Assembly (NCBI GenBank): GCA_964640175.1
Contig: CAZXFW010000003.1
Coordinates: forward strand, 256,072-320,071
Direction of reading: 5' to 3'
Source of the DNA: an uncultured Polyangiales bacterium
GTDB taxonomy: Bacteria > Myxococcota_A > Polyangia > Polyangiales > GCA-016699535
Length of the DNA stretch: 64,000 nt
The position numbers were made by a program, and so were the translations under genes. Below, one piece after another: positions 38,163-48,624 of the stretch. The notes under the pieces are model-generated. The model had not been told where the DNA came from. It did not search any database and worked only from the letters and a program-made list of their open reading frames with translations. The first letter of the stretch is position 1. The number at the start of each line of letters is the position of its first letter.

Positions 38163-40691
38163 TTAGGGGAACGGTAAAAGCGAGATAGCACGACTGGCGA
38201 CCTTACGAGATAGCAGATACTGCGCTTTGGGTAGCTCAGGTGCCCGTTTGACGATATAATCAAGGTCGATGAGTTTTACCGCCGTAGAACTGCTTGTCAG
38301 CTGAAGGAGATCTTCTCCGATTTCAATATAAATACCTAACTTACGTTGCGCCCACTCAAGCTGCGCAGCGATCTGCAGACACCGCCCAACAAGCTTCGGA
38401 TCGCCCTTTGGCCAATATAGAGAATGCACACCTTCCTGCCATTCATAGACAAGCGCGTTGCGATAACTTACGAGACCCGGCGCCTCTCCATAGTAACGAA
38501 TGGCCGGAGCATCACGCGTGTTCTCCCTCACGGCTTGGTATACTTGTCGCATAAATGCCTGTCCTTCGGGCGCCTGAATCCATGCTTGAGTTCGTTTTGA
38601 CCAGATACTCGAGCTCAGAGCCTCATCGAGCAATTGAGTGGTGCGAGCGTTAATGTCTGCGAGGTCTGCCGGGGTGGCTTGCCTTAAAGCATCGGCAATG
38701 TCGTTGAGTGCGATGCTCGCCGCTTTGTGATTAACGACGTCCTCGTCTTCATAAGGCAATTTGATAAACACCGACCGTCCATCTCGCGGGTCTGTGCCTC
38801 GATACACGGAGCTATTCACTCCCTTGGAGCCGCCTTTCTCGACTAAGTCCTCGATACTGTGGGGATCAAGTTCGTCCCAGGTAAAGTCTCGCAATGGCGG
38901 CGGCTCTATGAGCACTGCATCGGGCGCATACGCCGAACGGAACGCTCGGCGCTCGGCGGCGATACCGGCTCGAACCGTCGCAGTATCGTCGGATTCGTTG
39001 ATAACCCCTCGAAGCCGAGCCACATCCACCACATCATCCAGCGAGGCGACTGCGTCTGCCGTGTTAAAAAACACATCGATCACCATCATGGCTGCCGCAA
39101 TATTGGTAGCTCTTCTCAGGCGCGTAGCTTCAGTGGCCGGGGTTAAACTATGCTCTATTCCGACAAACGCCAGCGTCTCGGCGGTTGTTGCCAGCGTAGC
39201 AAGTTGAGAAAACTGGTAGATTCCTACGCCTGCGGCCAATAAACATACGCCGGCCGCAAGGAGCGTCCCAGGACCTGTAGCCCACGTGGTGGCTCCGCAC
39301 GCTATCGCGCTCGCAATGGCTAGACCAGGTGCCGCAAATTCTTTCTCTTTGGCTTGGGACAGCATGAGATCGTGAAACCGCTGAAAGCCTTGTGGATTGC
39401 CGCTTGCGTCATACCCACCATACAAGGCCATCAAACCACTGTGTTCCATGGCTAACGCAAGCGCGGTCTCATCAGTAACCTCCGCATCGGTCAACATCTG
39501 GACGTTACGCTGGTTATTGACCTTGAGGGTGGCAAGCGCGCCGAGGAGTGCGCTTTGGAAATACGCCAGGCGTTTGTCTTTCGGCATGTCTCGATGTTGC
39601 TCTTGATTGAACACCATGCTCGCCCATTTGCCGAGCGGCATATCGACCGTCGAGACACCCGTCGGCTCTTCAATGTCGACGGGCACCGATAGCCGCAAAT
39701 ACGCATACATCGCTTGTGCACGCAGCGCAGGCTCGACAATCGTGCGATATACGTTGAGCATCGCGATGGGCAAATCGCGCAAATGTATAAACAGAACAGG
39801 CTCTTTCGCCTGTTCAACTGTCTGGCGCGTCCAGTCAGCCTGAGTATGTTGCACCATCCATAGCGCATTGCGCTCAAGATGATCTAACTCCGCGCTAGAC
39901 ACCATGTTGAGAGAGTCTAGAGCACGCAAGCCCTCGAACAACGCTAGATAATGTGTGCTACACGCAACCGTTTGCGGCCCAACCGCGACCACGTTCTCAA
40001 ATTTTCGGAATTCCTCTACACAAGACTCCAACACTCGAACATGGCTTTTGGGATCCTCGCCAAGGGTCACCAGCGCACCAAGACGGTCATCGAGCTGTGT
40101 CAGTCGTTCATGCACATCGGCCATGCGAAACGCCAACGTTTCAAAAAAACCCTGTGCATTTCCATAGGATGCCTGTCCGATCTGGGCTTCTAGCGCAGCA
40201 ATTGCTTGCATCTCAGCGTTGAGCAAGGGCAGCGCGAACTCCTCGCGTAGCAAAATGCGATAACGCACCAGCATGTTGGCGTGCCATTCAGGACTGCCTA
40301 CAGTGTAGGTTCTGTCCACCTCGGCGGCTTCCTGGAGGTAGGTTTGTTTAGGCAATAACCACGGCTGAGCATCCGCCGCGTGCCCTGCTGGGGTGTGTCG
40401 TTCCTTCAAGAGGGGATGCAAGTCCCCTTCGAAAAAACCTGTACCCCTTAATCCGCTCAGCACTTGGACGGCGTGTCCTTGGTCAAGCGGCTCGCATTCA
40501 AGCGTCAGGGTGTTGCAAATAAGTCCGCTTGAATAGTCACCGCATTCGGTTTGCTGGCCGCTGGGGCATGTTCCCAAGCCCAATGCGCCACGGTCGCGAT
40601 CCAAACCCGCATCGCTTGACGGCGCACATGAACACAGTGCCGCACATAGGAACCCAACGAAAGGTAAGATAATGTGTGCCCCGTTGTTCAT
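38163..40691 (-). CDS. Large envelope protein: N-terminal exported domain, central TM hairpin, C-terminal protein-kinase-like domain
   Basis: 842 aa. Signal with Cys (FLCAALCSC). Hydrophobic stretch GLAIASAIACGATTWATGPGTLLAAGVCLLAAGVGIY. C-terminal strings GGSKGVNSSVYRG..SVFIK, LVYEWQEG, IGEDLLQL and KLIDLDY. Confidence 0.55.
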   Translation of the reverse strand: MNNGAHIILPFVGFLCAALCSCAPSSDAGLDRDRGALGLGTCPSGQQTECGDYSSGLICNTLTLECEPLDQGHAVQVLSGLRGTGFFEGDLHPLLKERHTPAGHAADAQPWLLPKQTYLQEAAEVDRTYTVGSPEWHANMLVRYRILLREEFALPLLNAEMQAIAALEAQIGQASYGNAQGFFETLAFRMADVHERLTQLDDRLGALVTLGEDPKSHVRVLESCVEEFRKFENVVAVGPQTVACSTHYLALFEGLRALDSLNMVSSAELDHLERNALWMVQHTQADWTRQTVEQAKEPVLFIHLRDLPIAMLNVYRTIVEPALRAQAMYAYLRLSVPVDIEEPTGVSTVDMPLGKWASMVFNQEQHRDMPKDKRLAYFQSALLGALATLKVNNQRNVQMLTDAEVTDETALALAMEHSGLMALYGGYDASGNPQGFQRFHDLMLSQAKEKEFAAPGLAIASAIACGATTWATGPGTLLAAGVCLLAAGVGIYQFSQLATLATTAETLAFVGIEHSLTPATEATRLRRATNIAAAMMVIDVFFNTADAVASLDDVVDVARLRGVINESDDTATVRAGIAAERRAFRSAYAPDAVLIEPPPLRDFTWDELDPHSIEDLVEKGGSKGVNSSVYRGTDPRDGRSVFIKLPYEDEDVVNHKAASIALNDIADALRQATPADLADINARTTQLLDEALSSSIWSKRTQAWIQAPEGQAFMRQVYQAVRENTRDAPAIRYYGEAPGLVSYRNALVYEWQEGVHSLYWPKGDPKLVGRCLQIAAQLEWAQRKLGIYIEIGEDLLQLTSSSTAVKLIDLDYIVKRAPELPKAQYLLSRKVASRAISLLPFP

Positions 40692-40768
40692 CTACACTCA
40701 ACTTCAATGCAACTTGGATGCCAAGCCGTATCGCCTACGGTCATAGTCCCTGTTAGAAACCTCTCAGC

Positions 40769-42544
40769 ATGAACCACCTTATCGCTCGCCTCCGCTCAGC
40801 ACGCACATCCTGGCCGCTCACTGCAATGGCCTTATTGTCGCTCGGAGTCGGCAGCATCCTTTGGGCTCCCGCATTGATCGCATGGCATCAGACAGGGGTA
40901 GGAGACTGGCAGATGTTCCTGCATACATGGGAAGTTGCCAGAGTCACCCTATTACGAGATGGCGAGTTCCCTTTATGGAATCCCTATTGGTGTGGCGGCA
41001 TTACGCTCTGGGGAAATCCCGAGACACAGATTTTTTATCCACTGTTTTACCTTTCGTTAGTTATTGGATCGACTGCAGCACTTAAGCTCTATCTAGTCCT
41101 GCATACCGCGATTGGATTTTCAGGCATGTACATGCTCGCAAGGCGGGAATATGCGCTGGAACCTTTGTCTGCTGGATTTGCTGCATTTGTGTGGAGTTGT
41201 TCTGGCACGTTTGCACGGGACGGAGGTGGAGGACACGTCACCTTACTGATGTTTTACTGGGCCCCGTGGGTGCTCCTTAGCTGGCGCCTTGCCATTCGTG
41301 ACATCCGTTGGTCTGCGGCTACGGCGGGCCTAATGTCCCTCGTGGCACTGGGTGGAGGCACGTACCCTTTTCCCTATCTCGTGTTGCTTTTGTGTTTTGA
41401 TGGATTGGTACAAGCCTTTCAGAAGACACGGCCCCGCGCAGTATTGCGCGCCGCCCTTGTCACAGCGATGGGCACTGCCCTCATGTCCGCCATACGAATT
41501 GTTCCCAGTGTGCTTACACTGTTCGCCTATCCTCGTCATTACACTCAACACTCCGAACATCTGTCTCTGCGTGAATTCGTCCATACCTTCATCGCCCACG
41601 ACATGCCTGCCTTCTGGGGAAAACACGAATTCGGATGGTGGGAATACGACGCATTCATCGGATGGACTGCATTGGTTCTTGGACTTATCGGCGCACTTTT
41701 CGCGTGGCGTAGCCCCTCACCACGCAGACACTTGGTGCTAGGCGGGTTGCTGTTTAGTACGCTGGCGCTCGGCCATTTTGGCACACTGGCCCCTTGGTCG
41801 TTGCTCAATCAACTTCCTGTTTTTTCATCGCTGCGTGTGCCATCGCGGTTTTTAGTGTGGACGCTTTTCTATCTCTCCTTATTGGCCGGCATCGGACTTC
41901 ATGCATGCTCGAAACTGGCACAATGGATTGCGAAACGCATCCCTCACGTTACACCATCGTGGGTAAAAGCAGGCATCGTTTGTGCAATCCTTCTGTGCAC
42001 GCTAAGTGCACTTGAGATCTTAATCGTTAATATTCCAAAAACTGCTGGTACAGCACGGGCAATGCCTCTTGTGAGCGCTCCTGCACATCCGCGTTTCCAT
42101 TATGTCACCCCTCACGACTATTGGTATCGCTTCGCCAGCTTTCCACAACAGAATCTGGCCATATTCGGTTGTTACAGTGAATACCACTGGCCCATCGCAC
42201 ACCACCTATGGATGGGAGATGTGCCCCAAGCCCGAGTGCCCAGCCAAAAGGGGCATGTAAGCCGTACCTTCCGTGCAGGCAATCACGCATGGGCCGATGT
42301 CACACTCATCCAACCTGCGCTTGTGGTCTTCAATCACAACTTTGCCCCTGGTTGGAAGAGTAACCTAGGCCCTGTTCTCAACCATGAAGGACACGCTGCC
42401 GTACGGGCTCCGAAGGGTGCCCACCGCATCTATCTTAAGTATCGTCCGAAAGATATGCCTTGGGCTATTGTCGCAAGTATCCTCGGTGGGATTCTGATGC
42501 TGGCAACTGCTATCTACGGGGGCAAGCCTTCTGCCGTCCGTTAA
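40769..42544 (+). CDS. Polytopic membrane protein, YfhO/glycosyltransferase-39-like
   Basis: 591 aa with more than 10 predicted helices, an early PLWNPYWCGG..GNPETQIFYP string and a C-terminal soluble-like region. Confidence 0.55.
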   Translation: MNHLIARLRSARTSWPLTAMALLSLGVGSILWAPALIAWHQTGVGDWQMFLHTWEVARVTLLRDGEFPLWNPYWCGGITLWGNPETQIFYPLFYLSLVIGSTAALKLYLVLHTAIGFSGMYMLARREYALEPLSAGFAAFVWSCSGTFARDGGGGHVTLLMFYWAPWVLLSWRLAIRDIRWSAATAGLMSLVALGGGTYPFPYLVLLLCFDGLVQAFQKTRPRAVLRAALVTAMGTALMSAIRIVPSVLTLFAYPRHYTQHSEHLSLREFVHTFIAHDMPAFWGKHEFGWWEYDAFIGWTALVLGLIGALFAWRSPSPRRHLVLGGLLFSTLALGHFGTLAPWSLLNQLPVFSSLRVPSRFLVWTLFYLSLLAGIGLHACSKLAQWIAKRIPHVTPSWVKAGIVCAILLCTLSALEILIVNIPKTAGTARAMPLVSAPAHPRFHYVTPHDYWYRFASFPQQNLAIFGCYSEYHWPIAHHLWMGDVPQARVPSQKGHVSRTFRAGNHAWADVTLIQPALVVFNHNFAPGWKSNLGPVLNHEGHAAVRAPKGAHRIYLKYRPKDMPWAIVASILGGILMLATAIYGGKPSAVR

Positions 42545-42633
42545 TACTACCTTTACGAACCACCGTGGCTTCGATACACCTCAGCGTGCTACGGTGCATT
42601 CCGTAAAGCACGCTACCAAACTATGAGGACCGT

Positions 42634-43089
42634 ATGACCGTACGTGAACAGTTGGATAACGATCTCAAAGAGGCCATGCGCGCCAAAGATACCCTGCGTG
42701 TTGAAACCATCCGCAACATACGCGGAGCCATCCGCAGCCGCGAATTAGACAACGGCAAAGAACTCGAAGAGCTTGAAATTTTGACGGTGATTCGATCGCT
42801 TGTCAAACAGCGTGAGGATTCTATCGAACAGTACCTTCAAGGGAACCGCCAAGATCTCGTAGACAGGGAAACTCTCGAAAAAAATGTGTTACTTCAGTAT
42901 TTACCTCAAGCTCCAGATGCGGCTACTGTAGAAGCCACTGTCACGGCAGTTATTAAAGAGCTTGGTGCGAGCACCGTTAAAGACATGGCGCGCGTCATGC
43001 AGGCCTGCAAGGCTCAGCTTGGCCCGGCCGTGGACGGAAAAACGCTTAGCACCCTGGTTCGAGCACAGTTGGAAAGTGCTAAAAATTAA
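42634..43089 (+). CDS. GatB/YqeY domain protein
   Basis: 151 aa starting MTVREQLDNDLKEAMRAKD...ETIRNIRGAI. Confidence 0.85.
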   Translation: MTVREQLDNDLKEAMRAKDTLRVETIRNIRGAIRSRELDNGKELEELEILTVIRSLVKQREDSIEQYLQGNRQDLVDRETLEKNVLLQYLPQAPDAATVEATVTAVIKELGASTVKDMARVMQACKAQLGPAVDGKTLSTLVRAQLESAKN

Positions 43090-43198
43090 CATTTCCAAGT
43101 GGCAAACAGCGCCACATCGTGATTGAATGCAGGTAGTCAAATGTACGTAGGCTGCATTGTCTGGCAGCCTAGGGGCATGAACACTTGCTGGAGGATGC

Positions 43199-43660
43199 AT
43201 GGCAAACGGCACGCACACAGATGCCGAAGGCAGTGGATTTCACATCTTGCTGGTGGAGGACAACGACGATCACGCCGAGCTATTCCGTCGTATGCTGGCG
43301 TATTTGGAATTGCCCGTCACACTGTCACGAGCCTCGGATGGCAGTGAAGCCCTGGTTTTGCTACGCAATCACGATGGCCAGGATACGCCCCCGATCAGCC
43401 CTGACGTCGTCTTACTTGATCTCAAACTTCCCCGTATGGATGGGCATGCCGTACTTAAAGAAATCAAACAAGATCCCAAGCTCCGCCATATGCCTGTCAT
43501 TATCATGAGCACTTCAAACGCTCCCAGTGATGTGCGGCGTGCGTATGACGCCTATGCCAATGGGTACCTCGTCAAGCCGATCGACCCTGTCGAATACCGC
43601 ACTATGGTGCGGGATTTCGTCATGTATTGGCACAATTGGAACGAACCCCCCATCCAGTAG
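43199..43660 (+). CDS. Stand-alone receiver-domain response regulator
   Basis: ILLVEDNDDHAELF, LLDLKLPRMDG, and a conserved K in YLVKP. Confidence 0.85.
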   Translation: MANGTHTDAEGSGFHILLVEDNDDHAELFRRMLAYLELPVTLSRASDGSEALVLLRNHDGQDTPPISPDVVLLDLKLPRMDGHAVLKEIKQDPKLRHMPVIIMSTSNAPSDVRRAYDAYANGYLVKPIDPVEYRTMVRDFVMYWHNWNEPPIQ

Positions 43661-43744
43661 CCAAAACAGGGCTCCAGAGAAACGCACAGGCACCTTGCCA
43701 TAAAGGCCTTTAGGGCGTTACAAGCCTGTGGAAAAGGAGCCTGT

Positions 43745-44521
43745 GTGAAAAACATTTCAATTTTGGCAGCAATGATTGGGTTACTTGTGTTGGGTTGCGA
43801 CAAGATGCAAGGCGAAGGCAACCGCAAGCCTGGAGACCTTAAGTCTGAACAAGACAAAACGCTCTACGCCCTGGGCCAAATGATTGGCAGCAACATCAAA
43901 ACGTTTCAGCTGACCGAACAGGAGCTCCTTACGGTCGTCAGCGGTATGCGCGATGCTATCGGTGGCAAAGAAGGCAAGATCAAGCTTGAGGAGTATGGAC
44001 CCAAGGTCCAGGCGCTTGCACAAAGCCGTGCCAAGAAGCTTGCCGAGGCTGAAGCCAAGAAAGGCAAAGCGTTTGCCGAAAAAGCTGCAAAAGAACAAGG
44101 CGCCAAGAAGCTACCTTCAGGCCTCGTCTACAACGAAACCAAAGCAGGCAAAGGCCAAGCTCCTAAGAGCACCGACACCGTGAAGGTGCATTACACGGGG
44201 AAGCTCGTAGATGGCGAAGTGTTCGACAGCTCCGTGGAACGTAAAACTCCAGCAGAATTCCCCTTAAACCGTGTCATGCCCTGCTGGACAGAAGCGTTGC
44301 AGCTTATGAAGGTGGGCAGCAAAGCAAACATCGTTTGTCCTCCTGAGTTAGCCTACGGTGAGCAAGGACGCCCCCCGAAGATTCCTGGAAAAGCCACACT
44401 GGTATTTGAGGTTGAGCTCTTAGGCGTGACTGAGGGTGCCCAAGATCCAGCAGCCAACATCATGTCCCTTAAGCCACCTACGCTCGACTTGCGTAAAGCA
44501 CCCCCCGCAAGCGCCAAGTAA
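43745..44521 (+). CDS. FKBP-type peptidyl-prolyl cis-trans isomerase lipoprotein (FkpA-like)
   Basis: AAGGAG lies upstream of GTG 43745. Lipobox LVLGC. FKBP core VKVHYTGKLVDGEVFDSS...LVFEVELL. Confidence 0.9.
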   Translation: MKNISILAAMIGLLVLGCDKMQGEGNRKPGDLKSEQDKTLYALGQMIGSNIKTFQLTEQELLTVVSGMRDAIGGKEGKIKLEEYGPKVQALAQSRAKKLAEAEAKKGKAFAEKAAKEQGAKKLPSGLVYNETKAGKGQAPKSTDTVKVHYTGKLVDGEVFDSSVERKTPAEFPLNRVMPCWTEALQLMKVGSKANIVCPPELAYGEQGRPPKIPGKATLVFEVELLGVTEGAQDPAANIMSLKPPTLDLRKAPPASAK

Positions 44522-44550
44522 GCGGGGTTCGATCCCAAAAACTGGATTGC

Positions 44551-46788
44551 CTAGCGAAGCCGAAGGGCATTGCCAATCACACATACGGAGCTCAGGCTCA
44601 TTGCCGCTGCCGCAATCATCGGGCTTAGCAGAATGCCAAACGCTGGGTAAAGGACGCCTGCTGCTACAGGCACCCCCACAGCATTGTAGACAAACGCAAA
44701 AAACAAATTCTGTTTGATGTTTGTCATCGTGCGCTGACTCAAGCGTTTCGCTCTGACAATCCCGTTTAGGTCACCCTTGACTAACGTGACGTCGGCACTT
44801 TGCATGGCCACATCCGCTCCTGTTCCCATGGCAATCCCCACCTGCGCCTGTTCCAGGGCGGGAGCATCGTTGATGCCGTCGCCTGCCATCGCTACCACAT
44901 GGCCACTGGCCTGTAATCGTTTGATAACATTGTGTTTTTTGTCAGGAAGCACTTCTGCGACCACATCCGTGATCCCTAACGCCCCCGCCACCGCGTGAGC
45001 CGTGGCCGTGCTATCCCCTGTCAGCATCACGAGATGAATGCCTTCTTTGCGAAGCGTATCAATCGCCAACGGCGCACTTGGCTTAATCGGATCTGCGATT
45101 CCTAGTGCACCCACGACGCGATCATCCAAACTGACACACACGACCGTTTGTCCATCCGCTTGCAGGGATTGAACCTCTGCCAGCCATGCTTCATTCTCAG
45201 CAAACGTAGCACCCGTAGCGCCCATCCAAGTTCTATTGCCTAGTTTAACTTGGCGATTTTCCACACGCCCCTGCACACCCTTGCCTGGAATAGACTCAAC
45301 TGCACTCGGCAAAGACAACTCAAGACCACGCGCTCGGGCCTCATCCACCACAGCCTTTGCCAAGGGATGCTCACTGCCTTGCTCTAAACTTGCAGAAAGC
45401 CGCAAAAATTCATTTTCATTCAACTGTCCTTGGGATGTGATGCTGGCAAGTTTGGGATGGCCTTCGGTGAGTGTCCCTGTTTTATCCATCACCAAGGTAT
45501 CGATCGTCCCCAAACGTTCAATCGCCTCGGCGTTACGAAACAACACCCCCGACATCGCCCCTTGGCTTGTCGCAACCATAATAGACATCGGCGTCGCCAA
45601 TCCTAAGGCACACGGACAGGCCACCATCAATACAGCCACCGCGTTGATCACTGCATACGCCAGTTTGGGTTCAGGCCCCCACACGCTCCAAACCCCAAAT
45701 GTCACCACCGCAATGGTTATCACGGTCGGCACAAAATATGCGGAAGCTGTGTCTGCCAGCCGTTGAATGGGCGCTCGACTACGTTGTGCTTCTTTTACCA
45801 ATGCAATCATGCGCGCCAGTAGGCTGTCTGCACCCACCCCAGTCGCACGGATGATAAGCCCACCCGTGCCATTGATTGTTCCGCTCATCACAGCATCACT
45901 CAGACGTTTAGTCACGGGAACAGGCTCTCCTGTCATCATGGATTCATCCACTGCACTGGTTCCTTCCAGCACTACCCCATCCACTGGCATGGTTTGTCCT
46001 GGCCGAACCCGCACCTGATCACCTACCCGAATCTCTTGAATCGGCACTTGTGTTTCAGTGCCATCTGGGCCAATCCGCCACGCCGTGTTGGCTTGTTTTT
46101 CTAAGAGTTGATGAATCGCCTGGCTAACTTGTCCTCGAGCACGAAGCTCAAGCACTTGCCCTAACAACACCAGCGTCACAATCATCGCAGCGGTTTCAAA
46201 ATACACCTGGACATGGCCTTGCATCTGATACGAAGCCGGAAATAATTCTGGCCATAACACCGCCGCTACGCTGTACCCATACGACACTCCCACCCCAAGT
46301 CCGATCAACGTAAACATGTTCGGATGCTTATGCTTCAACGACTGCACACACCGTTCATAAAACGGCCACGCAGCCCAAAGACACACCGGTGTCGCCAAGA
46401 CAAGCTCAAGCCATACCCGCTGATGTGCGGAAACCCATCGGGCGATGAACGATTCTTGTGCCATGCTGCTCATGGCAAGCACCATAAGCGGAACAGTCAA
46501 TACCACCGCGACCCAGAAACGGCGTGTCATGTCCTGAAGCTCAGGATTCTCTTCGTTCGATTCTTGCAGCGTTGATGTTGTTCGCTCCAGTGCCATTCCA
46601 CATTTTGGACAGCTCCCAAAACGATCGGAGATGACTTCAGGATGCATCGGGCAGGTATAGGTTCCTTGGCTATCGTCCGGTGAGGACGCAATCCCTGTCT
46701 TTGGCGATGTATCATGGCTTTTTGGATGTGGATGGCCCGGTTGGCTGTGTCCATGGTGACAGCAGTGCGATGGTGTCATAGATGTCAT
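44551..46788 (-). CDS. copA: Copper-translocating P1B-type ATPase
   Basis: His-rich N-terminus CCHHGHSQPGHPHP, a CPMHPEV..CPKCGM metal-binding domain, CPC, DKTGTLT and GDGINDAP. The ORF extends to 46878, but ATG 46788 has a better RBS (AGGGAAATT). Confidence 0.9.
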   Translation of the reverse strand: MTSMTPSHCCHHGHSQPGHPHPKSHDTSPKTGIASSPDDSQGTYTCPMHPEVISDRFGSCPKCGMALERTTSTLQESNEENPELQDMTRRFWVAVVLTVPLMVLAMSSMAQESFIARWVSAHQRVWLELVLATPVCLWAAWPFYERCVQSLKHKHPNMFTLIGLGVGVSYGYSVAAVLWPELFPASYQMQGHVQVYFETAAMIVTLVLLGQVLELRARGQVSQAIHQLLEKQANTAWRIGPDGTETQVPIQEIRVGDQVRVRPGQTMPVDGVVLEGTSAVDESMMTGEPVPVTKRLSDAVMSGTINGTGGLIIRATGVGADSLLARMIALVKEAQRSRAPIQRLADTASAYFVPTVITIAVVTFGVWSVWGPEPKLAYAVINAVAVLMVACPCALGLATPMSIMVATSQGAMSGVLFRNAEAIERLGTIDTLVMDKTGTLTEGHPKLASITSQGQLNENEFLRLSASLEQGSEHPLAKAVVDEARARGLELSLPSAVESIPGKGVQGRVENRQVKLGNRTWMGATGATFAENEAWLAEVQSLQADGQTVVCVSLDDRVVGALGIADPIKPSAPLAIDTLRKEGIHLVMLTGDSTATAHAVAGALGITDVVAEVLPDKKHNVIKRLQASGHVVAMAGDGINDAPALEQAQVGIAMGTGADVAMQSADVTLVKGDLNGIVRAKRLSQRTMTNIKQNLFFAFVYNAVGVPVAAGVLYPAFGILLSPMIAAAAMSLSSVCVIGNALRLR

Positions 46789-46932
46789 AATTTCCCTGCC
46801 CTTCAGGACCTGATTCGAACGAATCACTGTCTCGATCCGTTGGTTGGCCTCTATTACCTTGTATGAATACATGTCCATCCACTTGCATGCCAGTCTGGAC
46901 CCTCAGCCGCGACTGAGGTACGTTGAAGCACC

Positions 46933-47490
46933 ATGCCTTATTCAATTGCGGTGTTAGTCGGCAGCCTCCGGAAAGACTCTCTCAACCGTAAGCTTGCCCA
47001 TACGCTGCTTGGGCTTTCGCCCAAAGAGCTTGCGCTTGAAATCGTCGACATTGGTCAACTGGCGTTGTTTAACCAAGACTTCGATGACCAAGGCGAGCCC
47101 CCTAGGCCATGGTCAGCGTTCCGAGAACACATTCGCCAAAGTAACGGTGTGTTGTTCATCACACCTGAATACAACCGCTCGGTGCCTGGTGTGCTTAAAA
47201 ACGCCATCGATGTCGGCTCGCGTCCCGCAGGGAAAAGCGCCTGGAAAGGAAAACCTGCTGCCATCATTACAGCATCGCCCGGAACACTCGGTGGGTTTGG
47301 TGCCAACCACCACCTTCGCCAAATGCTAGTCGCACTCGATATGCCCACCATGCAACACCCCGAAGCTTACATCTCAGGCGCCGGCAAGCTCTTTGATGAG
47401 AACGGCACGCTTAGCAACGACTCAACCCGCGAGTTTCTCAACACGTTTCTGAATGCCTATGTCACTTGGCTTACGCGTCTGCACGAGTAG
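46933..47490 (+). CDS. NAD(P)H-dependent FMN reductase family oxidoreductase
   Basis: 185 aa with VGSLRKDSLNRKL and ITPEYNRSVPGVLKNAID. Confidence 0.85.
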   Translation: MPYSIAVLVGSLRKDSLNRKLAHTLLGLSPKELALEIVDIGQLALFNQDFDDQGEPPRPWSAFREHIRQSNGVLFITPEYNRSVPGVLKNAIDVGSRPAGKSAWKGKPAAIITASPGTLGGFGANHHLRQMLVALDMPTMQHPEAYISGAGKLFDENGTLSNDSTREFLNTFLNAYVTWLTRLHE

Positions 47491-47526
47491 TCCCTAAGAG
47501 TGATTCATACCTGTCACCGTGACGGT

Positions 47527-48510
47527 TCAGCGCAAAACGATAGGCAACCGAACCACTTCGTGAAGCTTGATATCCTCGAAGCGAATGCTGCTTTCCGGTG
47601 GCTCTATTGCTGGGGAATAATATTTCAATCCGATTTCCAGCCAAAATGGCTTCATAGCCACAGTGTGATCACGTAAATCCACCACTGCCACCAGAGGCAA
47701 ACCGCTCGCCACGGGACACGACCACGTGGGATACTCTCTATGATCAAATGACTCACACAATGGCGGTGAAATTGCATCGGCATCCAGCGTCTCATCATAA
47801 GCAACCGAAACAATGCCTGGTCCAGCCACCTCTATCGTATTCACTCCTGCGGGCAGTCCCGATTCCACAACATAGTCGATACGCAACCGTGTATATTTCG
47901 GAATCCACCGATCATTGCCTGAAACATCGTGTACGGCAAGGACAGGGGCCATGCGGTGATCAAGATTGCGGCTTTCACTCACCGGATGCAAGGATGCAGA
48001 AAGATCACGAGTGCTGAATTGCACACCACTCCACCAAAACTCATAGTTGCCGCATGTGTCGTTACCATAGAATGCCCCCACATGATAACGTCCATTGCTG
48101 AGAATGCGTTGCGTGCATTGGGAAGAAGCGCCTGGAGTATGCACACAATTCAAATACGGATCTGTCATGTGATCCACCGAACTTGGTTCGATCGAATAGC
48201 AGCGTGACGTACGGCGCTCCTCAGCACCGTCTCCTTGCGTTTTGCAAACGTAAATGACCTTCACAGGAGCGGGTATCGCTTGTCCGCAGTCCCAACTTGG
48301 ACTGACGGAAAAATCAATCGTGCTCTCTGTCTTCTGACCTAGAATAACCGAATAGGCCTTGGGGTCGGCCCTATTGGCACCTTCATCGGCGAGTGCATGC
48401 CACTGATGACCATTGCGTTGCGGAGCACCATCGGTGACGCTCAATCCAGATGATGCTTCAAGGGTACAGCCAACCCAGACGATTAAGGCACAACTTACGA
48501 CTTTTTGCAT
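47527..48510 (-). CDS. Lipoprotein of unknown function
   Basis: GGGAG lies 6 nt before ATG 48510. Signal MQKVVSCALIVWVGC. No motif recognised. Confidence 0.6.
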   Translation of the reverse strand: MQKVVSCALIVWVGCTLEASSGLSVTDGAPQRNGHQWHALADEGANRADPKAYSVILGQKTESTIDFSVSPSWDCGQAIPAPVKVIYVCKTQGDGAEERRTSRCYSIEPSSVDHMTDPYLNCVHTPGASSQCTQRILSNGRYHVGAFYGNDTCGNYEFWWSGVQFSTRDLSASLHPVSESRNLDHRMAPVLAVHDVSGNDRWIPKYTRLRIDYVVESGLPAGVNTIEVAGPGIVSVAYDETLDADAISPPLCESFDHREYPTWSCPVASGLPLVAVVDLRDHTVAMKPFWLEIGLKYYSPAIEPPESSIRFEDIKLHEVVRLPIVLR

Positions 48511-48624
48511 GCATGCTCCCAAGAGCCTTGTAACGTTTAGGTAGCACGCCCTCAAAGGGATGCAAACGCAAAGAACCGCTCTCTAATTCACCCCAAAACC
48601 TGTCAAACAATGACTAAGGGTGCG

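Noticed and set aside
43231-43243. 13-nt match (cagtggatttcac) to the core of the 46-bp repeat, inside the receiver-domain gene
   Set aside because: Dozens of 13-mer coincidences are expected among all position pairs in 64 kb. The flanks do not match, and the sequence is in-frame coding (EGSGFHI).
44524-44540. tRNA T-arm-like string GGGGTTCGATCCC
   Set aside because: Only 29 nt separate the convergent FKBP and copA genes. There is no acceptor, D or anticodon arm, and the flanking bases do not pair.
46812-46825. Palindrome GATTCGaaCGAATC about 25-35 nt upstream of the preferred copA start, as a possible metal-regulator operator
   Set aside because: Six-bp arms are expected more than ten times per window by chance. 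There is no MerR-type 19-bp-spacer promoter around it and no regulator gene nearby.
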